Sequence record: OZ503098.1
From: a phage
Reading direction: 5' to 3' (one strand)
Length of the DNA stretch: 44,954 bases
The notes beneath the pieces are model-generated. The model saw only the letters and a program-made list of their open reading frames with translations. It ran no database searches and was not told the DNA's origin. The position numbers and the translations under genes are program-made. This document shows positions 1-8,543 of this stretch, piece by piece (within the stretch, counting starts at the first letter, position 1; the number at the start of each line of letters is the position of its first letter).

Positions 1-2
1 AG

Positions 3-1745
3 TTGCAGGCTATCGCAGACCGGACCATCGCGGCTAAAAACGAGGCGGAAGGATTCCGTAACGAGGCGGAAGGATTCAAGAACACCGCCAACTCTGCGAA
101 AGATGCTGCCGTAGCCGCTAAGACCGCCGCGGAGGCAGCACAAGGTAAAGCCGAGACAGCAAAAACGGCAGCAGAGTCGGCGAAGACCGCTGCGGAGACA
201 GCTAAATCGCAGGCCGTAACCGCTAAAGACCAGGCAAAAGGATTCCGCGACGAGGCTGAAGGCTTCGCCAACAGCGCTGACGCGTCAAAGAAAGTGCCGT
301 ATGCTGGCACCATTGTCACCGCGCCAACTGGCGTGGCGGATATGCTTAAGCGGTTGCGCGATTCTGTTAAAGGCGGTTTTTGGCGCGTTGATGATATTTC
401 GCAGTTCCCAGCGGGTGAGATGGCCCCTTTCATATACGGACCCGGCGTATGTGGAGGCGCAGGGGACACCTTCTTTGCCATCAACGTAGACTATCAGACC
501 TCTCGCGTCAAAGTTTACTCGGGAAACCATAATGCGATTAACGGGACGTTGGGCAGCGTTACCGCCCTTGAGCTTGCGAAGCTGGGTGCTAACGGGGACG
601 TGGCGATCGGGGACGGCGGGACAGGCGCATCGACCGACTGGGGAGCGCGCGCCAACCTTCAAGTCATGTGCGAAAGACAGAGTTCACTGACAACTGAGAA
701 CCTTAACGATCGGAAGGGTGATAAGTCTGGATTTTATTATACTAGCATGACTGCCAACGCAACGTCGGAGCGTAATTATCCCATTCGGGAAGCAGGTTGC
801 CTACTTGTTCAGCGCACTGGCGGTAACGGTCCTGAAAGCTGCATTCAGACGTATACAACATTCAGCAGCGGGCGTCGTTTTATGCGATGGCTTAACGTGG
901 GAACTGGCACTTGGTCGCAGTGGTACGAATTATATAACTCTGGGTCGTCGCCGACTTTTGCCGGGGTGGTCACTGGCTCTGCGGTAACAGCTAAGGGCGA
1001 CAATGCCGAAGCTAGTGTCCGTGTTATTGCCGATACAGGCGGCAAATATTGTGCTCGTATTTCCGTAACGAACAACACTGCAAATAGAAGCGCTAATTTG
1101 GATCTCTACGAGGATGGCTCACTAACCACCCCCCATATAACTTCTAATGGTGGTATAGACTCCAAAGGCGGGGTGCTTTTGCGCGACACACCGTACCCGG
1201 CAGTAGCCTTTCGCACAAACCGGTATACCTCACCAAACACACAACTTGGTGCATTTACTAAGTTTGAGGTTTCGGGGCAAGATGGGGAGGTGGCGTATGT
1301 ATCTCTGTCGCGGCATTACGGTACTGGTGCGGTAGACGGGGCAATATATGTTATGTTCCCCAACACAGGCGGCACGTTGGCTTTACAGGGGACTTCAGGT
1401 GTTAATTACAAGAAAAACATTGTTGATGCCGATGCTAGCGAGGCTTTTGATAGAATCATGGGCCTGCGATTAGTCAACTTTGTTTACAAAGATGATGAAC
1501 AGGAGCGCGTTCGCTTTGGTGTTATCGCCGAAGAAGCGGAAGTAATAGCGCCGCAGTACATCAAGCACCATAAGGTACCCTACGAGGATATTATTGACGA
1601 AGACGGCAACAAAATCGGCGAGAAAACACGGGATAGACCGTCCGTCGATGTAAACCCGATCGTCATGGATTTGATGGGGTGCGTTCAATACCTAAATAAG
1701 CAGGTGGAGGAATTGAAGGCGGAGATCGCGGCGCTGAAGAAGTAA
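3..1745 (+). CDS. Tail fibre protein, C-terminal part of a gene that starts at 44407 and crosses the window junction (about 721 aa in total); C-terminal intramolecular-chaperone-like domain plus short coiled coil
   Basis: Frame open from window start to stop at 1743-1745 and continuous with the ATG at 44407 because 44828-44954 duplicates 1-127. Ala/Lys-rich repeats (NEAEGFRNEAEGFKN, AKTAAESAKTAAETAK). C-terminal segment LVNFVYKDDEQERVRFGVIAEEAEVIAPQYI resembles the conserved core of tail-fibre/endosialidase auto-cleaving chaperone domains. Hairpin terminator follows. Confidence 0.7.
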   Translation: MQAIADRTIAAKNEAEGFRNEAEGFKNTANSAKDAAVAAKTAAEAAQGKAETAKTAAESAKTAAETAKSQAVTAKDQAKGFRDEAEGFANSADASKKVPYAGTIVTAPTGVADMLKRLRDSVKGGFWRVDDISQFPAGEMAPFIYGPGVCGGAGDTFFAINVDYQTSRVKVYSGNHNAINGTLGSVTALELAKLGANGDVAIGDGGTGASTDWGARANLQVMCERQSSLTTENLNDRKGDKSGFYYTSMTANATSERNYPIREAGCLLVQRTGGNGPESCIQTYTTFSSGRRFMRWLNVGTGTWSQWYELYNSGSSPTFAGVVTGSAVTAKGDNAEASVRVIADTGGKYCARISVTNNTANRSANLDLYEDGSLTTPHITSNGGIDSKGGVLLRDTPYPAVAFRTNRYTSPNTQLGAFTKFEVSGQDGEVAYVSLSRHYGTGAVDGAIYVMFPNTGGTLALQGTSGVNYKKNIVDADASEAFDRIMGLRLVNFVYKDDEQERVRFGVIAEEAEVIAPQYIKHHKVPYEDIIDEDGNKIGEKTRDRPSVDVNPIVMDLMGCVQYLNKQVEELKAEIAALKK

Positions 1746-1750
1746 ATAGA

Positions 1751-1775
1751 AGGGGCCATACGGCCCCTTTTTAGT
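1751..1775. terminator. Hairpin terminator between convergent genes (tail fibre on + strand, leftward operon end on - strand)
   Basis: AGGGGCC-atac-GGCCCCT stem-loop followed by TTTTT on the plus strand; sits between stop 1745 (+) and stop 1771 (-). Confidence 0.6.
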
Positions 1776-2346
1776 TTGCGTTTTCCCAGTCCATTTTGCG
1801 CCGCACCAGTGGGCTTTCGTAATACTCCTTTCCGTCCACTTCCACTAAGGGCCAGTCGTTCACTATAACGTATGGCTCTGCGATGTCTTCAATAACGCCG
1901 TGCGCGCTATGTTGTCCGAAATCCACCCCCACCAGGATAACACCGGCAACGCGACGAGTTAGATACTCGCGAGCGCAACGCGCCTCTACCAGCCCGCGAC
2001 GGATGCCGCTGGTAGCTTTGACCTCGTAGGTCCAGACGGCATCGATCACATGTTCGCGGAAGTCGGGGCCGGATTTAACCTTGCGCTTGCCAACCATGAT
2101 AATATCGCCGCGGTCGATAGTGTTAGCGCTAAACAGGCCGGTACGCATTAGTAAGCCCTGCGGTATGCAACTACGCCCGCCAGCCTGCCCCTCAAGGTAC
2201 ATACCCGCAAACATCTCGCCCAGCACACCGACAAGACGGCTTTGCTTGCACGCGTCGGACTTTAAACGCCACTGGTCAAACTCGATGCTGGCTATCATTG
2301 CTGCTAGGTGGAATTGTTTACCTGATATTTCATATTCGCCGTACAT
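1771..2346 (-). CDS. Hypothetical protein (191 aa), possible PD-(D/E)xK-like nuclease fold
   Basis: ORF with ATG at 2346 preceded by GAGGGA RBS; segment IDAVWTYEVKA gives a D...E-x-K arrangement, weak motif evidence only. Confidence 0.5.
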   Translation of the reverse strand: MYGEYEISGKQFHLAAMIASIEFDQWRLKSDACKQSRLVGVLGEMFAGMYLEGQAGGRSCIPQGLLMRTGLFSANTIDRGDIIMVGKRKVKSGPDFREHVIDAVWTYEVKATSGIRRGLVEARCAREYLTRRVAGVILVGVDFGQHSAHGVIEDIAEPYVIVNDWPLVEVDGKEYYESPLVRRKMDWENAN

Positions 2347-2388
2347 TGTGAATCCCTCATTGATGCGGGCCGAAGCCCGCTATTAGCA

Positions 2389-2943
2389 TTATTTAAGTGC
2401 GCTTTGTACCAGTGTTTTTTCCATGTTGCGGAAGTCTTCCGGCGTCATGAGGATTTTGGATCCGTCTTCGCCGGTGAGCACGACCAAAGGCTGGACGTCT
2501 TGACCCGCAATGCCGAAATCGCGGGCCTTAACAGTCTCGCCGAACGAGGCTACCGTGTCCTCTGCAACGCGAATGGCGCTGTTATACGCATTAATTTCAC
2601 CGTCGAGACGCACGGACAGGCCTTTTAGGCTGTCGAATTGTGCTGCCGTTGTATCGATCTGAATCTCGTCATGTACGGTCATGTAAGACTCGCCCAGCAG
2701 GGCGGCATACGCCACCAGGTCCACGATATTATCTTCCTGGTGCTTACGGTGCTGGCGAACCAGCTTCAGGCAGATCAGGAAGGTCCAGGCTTCTTGCTCG
2801 GTAAGGTCGCGACCGGTAAGCGCGTTAAACACGGCAGCGATTTGTTTAGCGCTGCGTTCTTCTTTCGCGTTGTCATAGCCATTTTCTTTCCCGCGCTGTT
2901 CCATAGTGGTAGCGGCGTTTTTGCAGTATTCGTATGCTTTCAT
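2389..2943 (-). CDS. Hypothetical protein (184 aa)
   Basis: Internal ATG at 2943 with AAGGAAAA RBS chosen over the longer ORF start at 3069, which would overlap the upstream gene; no recognisable catalytic motif. Confidence 0.5.
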   Translation of the reverse strand: MKAYEYCKNAATTMEQRGKENGYDNAKEERSAKQIAAVFNALTGRDLTEQEAWTFLICLKLVRQHRKHQEDNIVDLVAYAALLGESYMTVHDEIQIDTTAAQFDSLKGLSVRLDGEINAYNSAIRVAEDTVASFGETVKARDFGIAGQDVQPLVVLTGEDGSKILMTPEDFRNMEKTLVQSALK

Positions 2944-3005
2944 TATGTTTTCCTTTTTAGCGGGGGCGGTATTGCCCCCGACGTGATTAAGATACTGCAA
3001 CCAAC

Positions 3006-3476
3006 CTATTGGTTGCAAGTGAATTTTGCAACGTTTATCGCATAAATTTTCGGGACCAGATCGCCGCACGCCCGACGAATTGCCGCGATGTTCTTCGGAC
3101 AGTCTTCAATGATGACCAGTTCCGACACGTCCGCATAGCAGACCATTTTGAACACGGCGCACGCCTTAAACTCTGGTGGCGGGGTGTCGTCCAGCATGTG
3201 GCGCATAAACAACCGGCCTGCCGGGAAGACCTCCAATTGCTTGGCGGTGGTGTCCCAACATTCTAGCTGCCGGTTGGTCAGATACGCGATCTCGAAGCCT
3301 TGCTCTTTGTACATGCGCAACAGCGGCAGCATATCCATGTTCAGGTCTTCGCGTACATGCGCTTTGTGCCACTTTGCCCAAAAGGTTGATTTCGTTTTTA
3401 TCCCCGGCACCAGGTCGGCACGCGCATCGCTTGAACCGTTAATAACGCCATCCAAATCGCAAATAAGTAATTTCAT
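3006..3476 (-). CDS. HAD-superfamily phosphatase/nucleotidase-like protein
   Basis: N-terminus MKLLICDLDGVI contains the HAD motif I (DxDG[TV]); 156 aa. Confidence 0.55.
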   Translation of the reverse strand: MKLLICDLDGVINGSSDARADLVPGIKTKSTFWAKWHKAHVREDLNMDMLPLLRMYKEQGFEIAYLTNRQLECWDTTAKQLEVFPAGRLFMRHMLDDTPPPEFKACAVFKMVCYADVSELVIIEDCPKNIAAIRRACGDLVPKIYAINVAKFTCNQ

Positions 3477-3646
3477 TTTAATTCCGCCATTAAATTTTCA
3501 CGTACAATACGGGCCGAGAATGCGTCGCACACAAGATGGCAACTCGCCGTCATGACAAGCCAGTTAGGTCAAGGCCCAGCAATTGATGAGGTTGGCTTGC
3601 GCGCCTTACTTTATTTCCGGGGAAAACCTGGTAGCGTTTAATTATT

Positions 3647-4156
3647 TCATCCACGACGCGGGGACTTCGATCGACGACTAAGATATTCATTTAATTCACC
3701 TTCGCTCATTATTTCAATTTGTGCGCTGCCGAGGGGCGGCGCTTCGTCAAAGATTATCAATTGCTGGCACTTGTTATTGCTCGGACCGACTTCGCCGGTG
3801 ACGGCGTGAATGAATCGGATACGCCAGTCCAGAAGAATTATCAGGTTTGCGGTCTTCCGGGCCAACCTCGCCCACTTCGTCGACGTATCCTGATTCAGTA
3901 GCATGACGGTCCGGCGTCCGTGCGCTGCGCACTCGACCCACGGCAGCGGATCGGAATACGGCGGGTTGCACCACTTCCACCCTTTCAACTCGGACCAGTC
4001 CACCTCAAGCGCGCTATGTTCTGCCGTGAAGTAACGCGGTAGCAGATGATTGGCATCGCTTGCCGCCATATCGTAACGGAATCGGTATTTCCGACGAAGC
4101 GGTTTAAATAAAGCTGGCGGCGTGCGCCAGCTATCTTTCTGCTCACTCTTCGTCAT
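3647..4156 (-). CDS. DNA N6-adenine methyltransferase (phage Dam family)
   Basis: KDSWRTPPALF near the N-terminus and the catalytic NPPY motif (WCNPPYSDP), as in phage Dam-type methyltransferases. Start placed at the in-frame ATG at 4156 (MTKSEQKDSW), overlapping the upstream gene by 14 nt. Confidence 0.7.
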   Translation of the reverse strand: MTKSEQKDSWRTPPALFKPLRRKYRFRYDMAASDANHLLPRYFTAEHSALEVDWSELKGWKWCNPPYSDPLPWVECAAHGRRTVMLLNQDTSTKWARLARKTANLIILLDWRIRFIHAVTGEVGPSNNKCQQLIIFDEAPPLGSAQIEIMSEGELNEYLSRRSKSPRRG

Positions 4157-4601
4157 TCTGCGGGTCCAGTGCGTACAGGGCCGTTTTCTTGTCTCGGGTA
4201 AGTACGCGCTGGATCCGCGCCATCTCATCCTTGCCAAGAGGTCGGCTATCGGAATAGTAGCTGCCGTTCGCACGCCACGCTATCAGCACCAGGTCTTTCC
4301 TGTCGATCTTAGACTGGCGACCCTTCGGTCGCACGTACTCCTCGGCGCGTTTACAATGCTCGCGCAGACTTTCGGCAGTGATGCGGTTTAGCGCCACGCT
4401 GGTGGTGTATCCTGTGCGCTGCATAATCCCCATCAATTCGAAAAGCAGTTCGAAGCGCTCCTCTAACTCCATGCGGCGCTTTTCTTCCGTTTCATAGCTT
4501 GACAGGTAGGTATCTGCCAGCGCGTTCGCACGTTCGGCCTGTTCTCGGGCTTCGAGGCATTGCGCGGCCCAGTATGCTTTTTCTTCTTGTAAAATTTTCA
4601 T
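4143..4601 (-). CDS. Hypothetical protein (152 aa), helical/coiled-coil rich
   Basis: ORF with ATG 4601 and GGAG RBS; directly downstream of a promoter-like element and a leader hairpin. Confidence 0.5.
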   Translation of the reverse strand: MKILQEEKAYWAAQCLEAREQAERANALADTYLSSYETEEKRRMELEERFELLFELMGIMQRTGYTTSVALNRITAESLREHCKRAEEYVRPKGRQSKIDRKDLVLIAWRANGSYYSDSRPLGKDEMARIQRVLTRDKKTALYALDPQNDEE

Positions 4602-4648
4602 CGTGTTGTCTCCAGGTATTAAAAAGGGCGTCCAAACCGGACACCCTT

Positions 4649-4677
4649 AATATAATGCAACCAATCTAATTATGCAA
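4649..4677 (-). promoter_or_regulatory. Sigma70-like promoter built from two direct ATTGGTTGCAT copies (TTGCAT, 17 bp spacer, TATATT); a GC hairpin (4626-4646) lies in the leader
   Basis: Minus-strand reading: ATTGGTTGCATaattagATTGGTTGCATTATATT; the first copy supplies the -35 and the -10 follows the second copy after a 17-nt spacer. Confidence 0.35.
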
Positions 4678-5005
4678 CCAATTTACGAATAAAATTTGGG
4701 TCGCGTGCAACGTCTACCAGATACAGGTTACTAATGCGGTTGCCGTAGTGCCCTGGTGTGCGCTGGCGGCACACAACGGCGAAGCCGGGAGGGATTGTAT
4801 TGCCAGTCTCGATAATCCACGCTACGCGCGCGCCAGATAGCGTCTTGCCGTTGCACTCGATGCGCGTGCCGCCATCGGCAGTGTTGAGGTTGCCAATCTT
4901 ACATCCGGTGGACTTCAGGCGAATGACGCCGGTCTTGCTGTCGTAGGAGAATAACTGGTTAGTCATTGCAACCGAAAAATCAATGGCCTCGAATGTAGTA
5001 TTCAT
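4670..5005 (-). CDS. HNH-like endonuclease (degenerate) / hypothetical protein
   Basis: 111 aa; FSYDSKTG...NGKTLSGARVAWIIETG...GHYGNRISNLYLV follows the layout of small free-standing phage HNH proteins; catalytic residues are not all canonical. Start overlaps the stop of the upstream gene. Confidence 0.4.
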   Translation of the reverse strand: MNTTFEAIDFSVAMTNQLFSYDSKTGVIRLKSTGCKIGNLNTADGGTRIECNGKTLSGARVAWIIETGNTIPPGFAVVCRQRTPGHYGNRISNLYLVDVARDPNFIRKLVA

Positions 5006-5697
5006 TTTAAATTTTCCTCATTGACTGCTATCGCGAAGCCGCGCGGGGTGAGTGAGCGGATTAATTTTGTACGAGCGGATTTACCACCGAGGCGACTATA
5101 CTGCGTCGAGTACCCTTTTTCAACGAAAACAGGTTTCTTCTCTGGCATACGGAAGCCGTTGCCGGTCCACAAGCAGGTCAGCTTCGGATATGAATCGCGG
5201 GCGTTGATGTATTCCGGGAAGAGCGGGTGTACGTCATCCTCCGGCAGATAGCCCCCATACTCCCACGGGTCAAACGAGTGGTCTGGCTTGCGCCATTGGG
5301 TTGATAGCACGCTGCGCGGATTCTCAATCATATATGGCACTTCGAAGAAGTCCCCCAGGTAAGCGGCGATCTTCGCGGTACGCACCGCCTTAAGCTGAAA
5401 GGCTGGGTCTTTTGCCCGCTTGCGCGGGAACGCTTGCGCACCGCTCACCGCCAGATCAGTACACGGCGGGAATGCGTAGATGATATCCGGCGTACCGAAA
5501 TCACCATTCATCGCGCGGTCTACAAAGTCCAGATCAATAAACTCATTGCGATATCGGATCCCACGACCATAAATCCGGTAGTCCAGGTACGACCCGTGAT
5601 CAGCTTCGGAGTAGTTGAAGCAATAACACTTATGCCCCATCTCGGCAGCACGCTCAATCATCAAGCCGCTGCCGTCAAATAATGACCAGATAATCAT
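5002..5697 (-). CDS. Compact C5-cytosine methyltransferase-like protein (231 aa)
   Basis: Motif I-like LFDGSG (FxGxG), motif IV-like FPPC (Pro-Cys) followed by LAVSGA, motif VI-like ENP; unusually short and without an obvious target-recognition domain. Translationally coupled to the helicase (ATGA overlap at 5694-5697). Confidence 0.5.
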   Translation of the reverse strand: MIIWSLFDGSGLMIERAAEMGHKCYCFNYSEADHGSYLDYRIYGRGIRYRNEFIDLDFVDRAMNGDFGTPDIIYAFPPCTDLAVSGAQAFPRKRAKDPAFQLKAVRTAKIAAYLGDFFEVPYMIENPRSVLSTQWRKPDHSFDPWEYGGYLPEDDVHPLFPEYINARDSYPKLTCLWTGNGFRMPEKKPVFVEKGYSTQYSRLGGKSARTKLIRSLTPRGFAIAVNEENLK

Positions 5698-7118
5698 TTG
5701 CGCGCCTTTTTAGCTTTCATGTATTCCATCAAATCGTCCTGAATATCGCGCTTACTGTCGCGACGCTCGGCGACCAGTTCGTCAAGTGTTCCGCGTGCCT
5801 GGATAATATAGACGAATACAGGACGGGGGTGTCCGGCTTGCATCTGGCGAACCGGCCCGATACGCTCCACGATCTGCGAAAAGTGCTCAAAGTTCCAGGT
5901 GTCTGAGAAGATAGCAAGGTGGTGCCCACCGTCCTGCAGGTTGAGGCCGTGGCCCGCAGATGCCGGGTGCGCAAACATGATGGGGATCTCGCCCCTGTTC
6001 CATGCTTCCATATCCTTATTTCCTTGCTTACCCTTACCCATCGCTACGCCGTGCGGGAATTTCTTCTTGAGACGCGCCAGGTCATGCTTGTACTGGTATG
6101 CGACGAGCAACGGTGCTCCGTTCAACTCCTCCACGATACTTTCCAGCGCGTCCAGTTTGGCGTCGTGGATTTTCACCCATTCGTCGGTGCGCTCGCCGTC
6201 TTCGTCGACTTTATACACGGCCCCGGAAGCAAGCTGAAGGCACTTAATAGTCTTCGACGCAGCGTTCGCCGCCTCCACTGTTCCGCTTTCCAGTTCCGCA
6301 AATAGCTCCGCTTCGAACTGGTCATAAATCTTGCGGGCTTTCTTCGGCAGGTCCACAACAACCGGCGTATATATTGGCTTGTCACATCCGAAATATTCAG
6401 CCGCATCAACGGTTAGCGACACGTCTGACAGGCGTTGTTGTATTTCTTTCTCGGAGTTTTTTAGCGGGGCGTGCTGCATAGTGAAGCTGCCAGGCTTAAC
6501 CGGCTTGCTAATAAACCAGCGGTCTGTGAATGCCTTATAACTACTGCCGAGGCGTTCGCCACCGTCTACAAACCACGTCTGCCCCCATAAGTCCTTCAGC
6601 CCGTTTGGTGCGGGTGTGCCGGTAAGGTTAATCCAGCGTTTGACGTGCTTATGCGCAATAGCCGCCAGCGCGCGGGCGCGCTTACTCCCCTGCTTGCTTC
6701 TATAGCCTTTCAGCTTAGTGGATTCATCGGCAACAACTACCGTAAAGGGCCACTCGTCGCCGCAATACTCGACAAGCCACTCAACCACATCATAGTTAAC
6801 GCAAACCACGTTAGCGTCGCTCTCGAGCGCCGCGATGCGGTCCTTCTCTGGCCCAGTGCCGTCTACTACCAGCAGGGCTGGGAAACGCCATTTCTCCTGC
6901 TCCGGTGGCCATGTACCGGACGCAACGCGAAGCGGGGCCAGCACCAGTACGCGGTCCTCCTGGCTGGACAGGATACCAGTCTGGAACATTTTATTCAGCG
7001 CCCACATAGTCGCGCCGGTTTTACCCGACCCCATTGTCGCCCATATATTGCATCGCTTATGTTTTAGGATGAACGCGGTTATCAACTTCTGATATTCGCG
7101 ACGTCGGAAACGTGCCAT
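5694..7118 (-). CDS. SF2 (SNF2/DEAD-like) DNA helicase
   Basis: Walker A GSGKTG, DEAD-like box VVADESTK, C-terminal helicase domain; start placed at ATG 7118 (MARFRRREYQ) with an upstream RBS-like GGCGGA. Confidence 0.7.
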   Translation of the reverse strand: MARFRRREYQKLITAFILKHKRCNIWATMGSGKTGATMWALNKMFQTGILSSQEDRVLVLAPLRVASGTWPPEQEKWRFPALLVVDGTGPEKDRIAALESDANVVCVNYDVVEWLVEYCGDEWPFTVVVADESTKLKGYRSKQGSKRARALAAIAHKHVKRWINLTGTPAPNGLKDLWGQTWFVDGGERLGSSYKAFTDRWFISKPVKPGSFTMQHAPLKNSEKEIQQRLSDVSLTVDAAEYFGCDKPIYTPVVVDLPKKARKIYDQFEAELFAELESGTVEAANAASKTIKCLQLASGAVYKVDEDGERTDEWVKIHDAKLDALESIVEELNGAPLLVAYQYKHDLARLKKKFPHGVAMGKGKQGNKDMEAWNRGEIPIMFAHPASAGHGLNLQDGGHHLAIFSDTWNFEHFSQIVERIGPVRQMQAGHPRPVFVYIIQARGTLDELVAERRDSKRDIQDDLMEYMKAKKARK

Positions 7119-7122
7119 ATCT

Positions 7123-7341
7123 TTATTCCGCCTTTTTCCAGACTTCGGTTTCACTGTTCCAGTTCCTTTTTGTGGCGTCGTAGTTGGTGGCGTGTCCGAT
7201 GTGGACACCGGTGGCCCGGAAGCGCTTAAACTTCTGCCAGCACACCGTCAACGGCAGCGGGGAATTAATGTCCGCGATAAACCATACGCGATCTCCTGGT
7301 TTACATTCGCCCAGCTTGGTGAGCCGGTAGCGTTCTTTCAT
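7123..7341 (-). CDS. Hypothetical small protein (72 aa)
   Basis: ORF with GGGAG RBS 8 nt upstream of ATG 7341. Confidence 0.35.
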   Translation of the reverse strand: MKERYRLTKLGECKPGDRVWFIADINSPLPLTVCWQKFKRFRATGVHIGHATNYDATKRNWNSETEVWKKAE

Positions 7342-7353
7342 CGTCATGTCTCC

Positions 7354-7377
7354 CAAAAATGGCGGGACAAGCCCGCC
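7354..7377 (-). terminator. Hairpin plus U-run on the minus strand (internal terminator or attenuator)
   Basis: GGCGGG-loop-CCCGCC stem followed by ATTTTT on the minus strand; the stem contains the GCGGGACA word used in the iteron arrays. Confidence 0.4.
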
Positions 7378-7384
7378 GTATTAA

Positions 7385-7558
7385 TTATTTTTGCTCTGCG
7401 CGGTAGCGGCGCTGCCGTTCGCGCTCTTTTTTATTGCGGCACGATTTGCACTCTGCCCGATACCCATCCGGGCTTCGCGCAGTCTTCCCGGTGTATTTAT
7501 GGAACTGTGATAGCGGTTTAACGCAGCCGCAATTACTGCAACGTTTTTCTTCAATCAT
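7385..7558 (-). CDS. Small zinc-ribbon protein (57 aa)
   Basis: CSNCGC...ECKSCRNKK gives two CxxC pairs and a basic C-terminus; GAGGA RBS before ATG 7558. Confidence 0.35.
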   Translation of the reverse strand: MIEEKRCSNCGCVKPLSQFHKYTGKTARSPDGYRAECKSCRNKKERERQRRYRAEQK

Positions 7559-7598
7559 CTCTAAAATCCTCGATATGGCTAACCGGCACACTATACCG

Positions 7599-7877
7599 CT
7601 ATGCGACCAATTCAGCAACCAATAAATCACAGTCGGCGATGTTGTCTATGACGCGAACGTCCGCACCGCGGCGGGCCATCCGCTCATGCTCGCGTACCTG
7701 GTGCGGCTTCGGTTTTCCGCCGGGGCGCTTCACTTCGACGAACACTATTTTGCCGTTGATGATGATAATCAGATCGGGCGCACCCGCGCGCCCCTCCCAG
7801 GCCATTTTGCGGCAGAATCCGCCTACCTCTTTCACCCGTCGCATCAGGTGACTTTGAATCTTGCCTTCTGGTGTCAT
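7599..7877 (-). CDS. VRR-NUC domain nuclease
   Basis: APDLIIIINGKIVFVEVKRPGGKPKPHQ matches the VRR-NUC PD-(D/E)xK core (D...E-V-K); ATG 7877 abuts the upstream stop. Confidence 0.6.
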   Translation of the reverse strand: MTPEGKIQSHLMRRVKEVGGFCRKMAWEGRAGAPDLIIIINGKIVFVEVKRPGGKPKPHQVREHERMARRGADVRVIDNIADCDLLVAELVA

Positions 7878-8476
7878 TGTCGGCTTCTCCTTACGGCAGC
7901 GATGGCGGGTCCGATAAACTTCCGCATTTCGTCCGGGGTAAACCGGTCGCCGCGGGCTATGTTGCACTCTACGCAGCACGGCACACAATTATCTTTAGTA
8001 TGTCCAACCGCATTGTTGAGTCTGTCCACTCCATTGTCGCCGGTGAATCCGCAATACGTACACGGCAGGGAAGTAAGGTGCAGAACGTCCTCGGTTGTTA
8101 GGTCGGTGCTTAACCCCTTCCTTTCGTCTGACTTGCGGTATTGAAAGAGTTTATAGTAGGCGCGGACCTCTGGTGTCCGGCGGTTGTACTCTCGGCGTGA
8201 CTTATTAGCGCACGACCGGCACTCTTTACGGATATGTGACTGGCTGGCCTTGTTTCCTGGGCGGAAGTTCTCCGGCGTAAGCGTCTTGCGCTCCCCACAC
8301 CGGCGACACGTTACGATCTCCCCAGTGTACTCTCGCCATACTTCGCGCGGCGGAGCGCCTCTTTCTTTGTCCCGTCTCTCTTTCTTATATGCCGCCATGC
8401 ATTTGGCGCACCACGACTGGCCCTTGTTGAAAGCGGACTCATCTTTATCCGTATTACAACGCCCACAATGTTTCAT
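7874..8476 (-). CDS. Cys-rich zinc-finger protein with HNH-like C-terminus
   Basis: Several CxxC pairs; C-terminal CTYCGF...VDRLNNAVGHTKDNCVPCCVECNIARG resembles an HNH/zinc-binding nuclease core. Start placed at ATG 8476 (MKHCGRCN) rather than 8584, which would overlap the polymerase gene. Confidence 0.45.
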   Translation of the reverse strand: MKHCGRCNTDKDESAFNKGQSWCAKCMAAYKKERRDKERGAPPREVWREYTGEIVTCRRCGERKTLTPENFRPGNKASQSHIRKECRSCANKSRREYNRRTPEVRAYYKLFQYRKSDERKGLSTDLTTEDVLHLTSLPCTYCGFTGDNGVDRLNNAVGHTKDNCVPCCVECNIARGDRFTPDEMRKFIGPAIAAVRRSRQ

Positions 8477-8543
8477 ATACACCCCCGAAAAAGAAAACGC
8501 CAGACAATAATGCCCGACGTTTCCGCTAAAAGCAACATTTCCG

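Noticed and set aside
4626-4646. GC hairpin plus U-run between the 4649-4677 promoter and the 4143..4601 gene as a terminator
   Set aside because: It lies downstream of the predicted start site and immediately before the RBS of the next gene, so it is more likely a 5' leader structure or attenuator; reported only within the promoter feature.
7599-7620. Partial motif copy (AGCAACCAAT) at 7607-7616
   Set aside because: Lies inside the VRR-NUC coding sequence with one mismatch to the consensus and no adjacent -10 element; likely chance.
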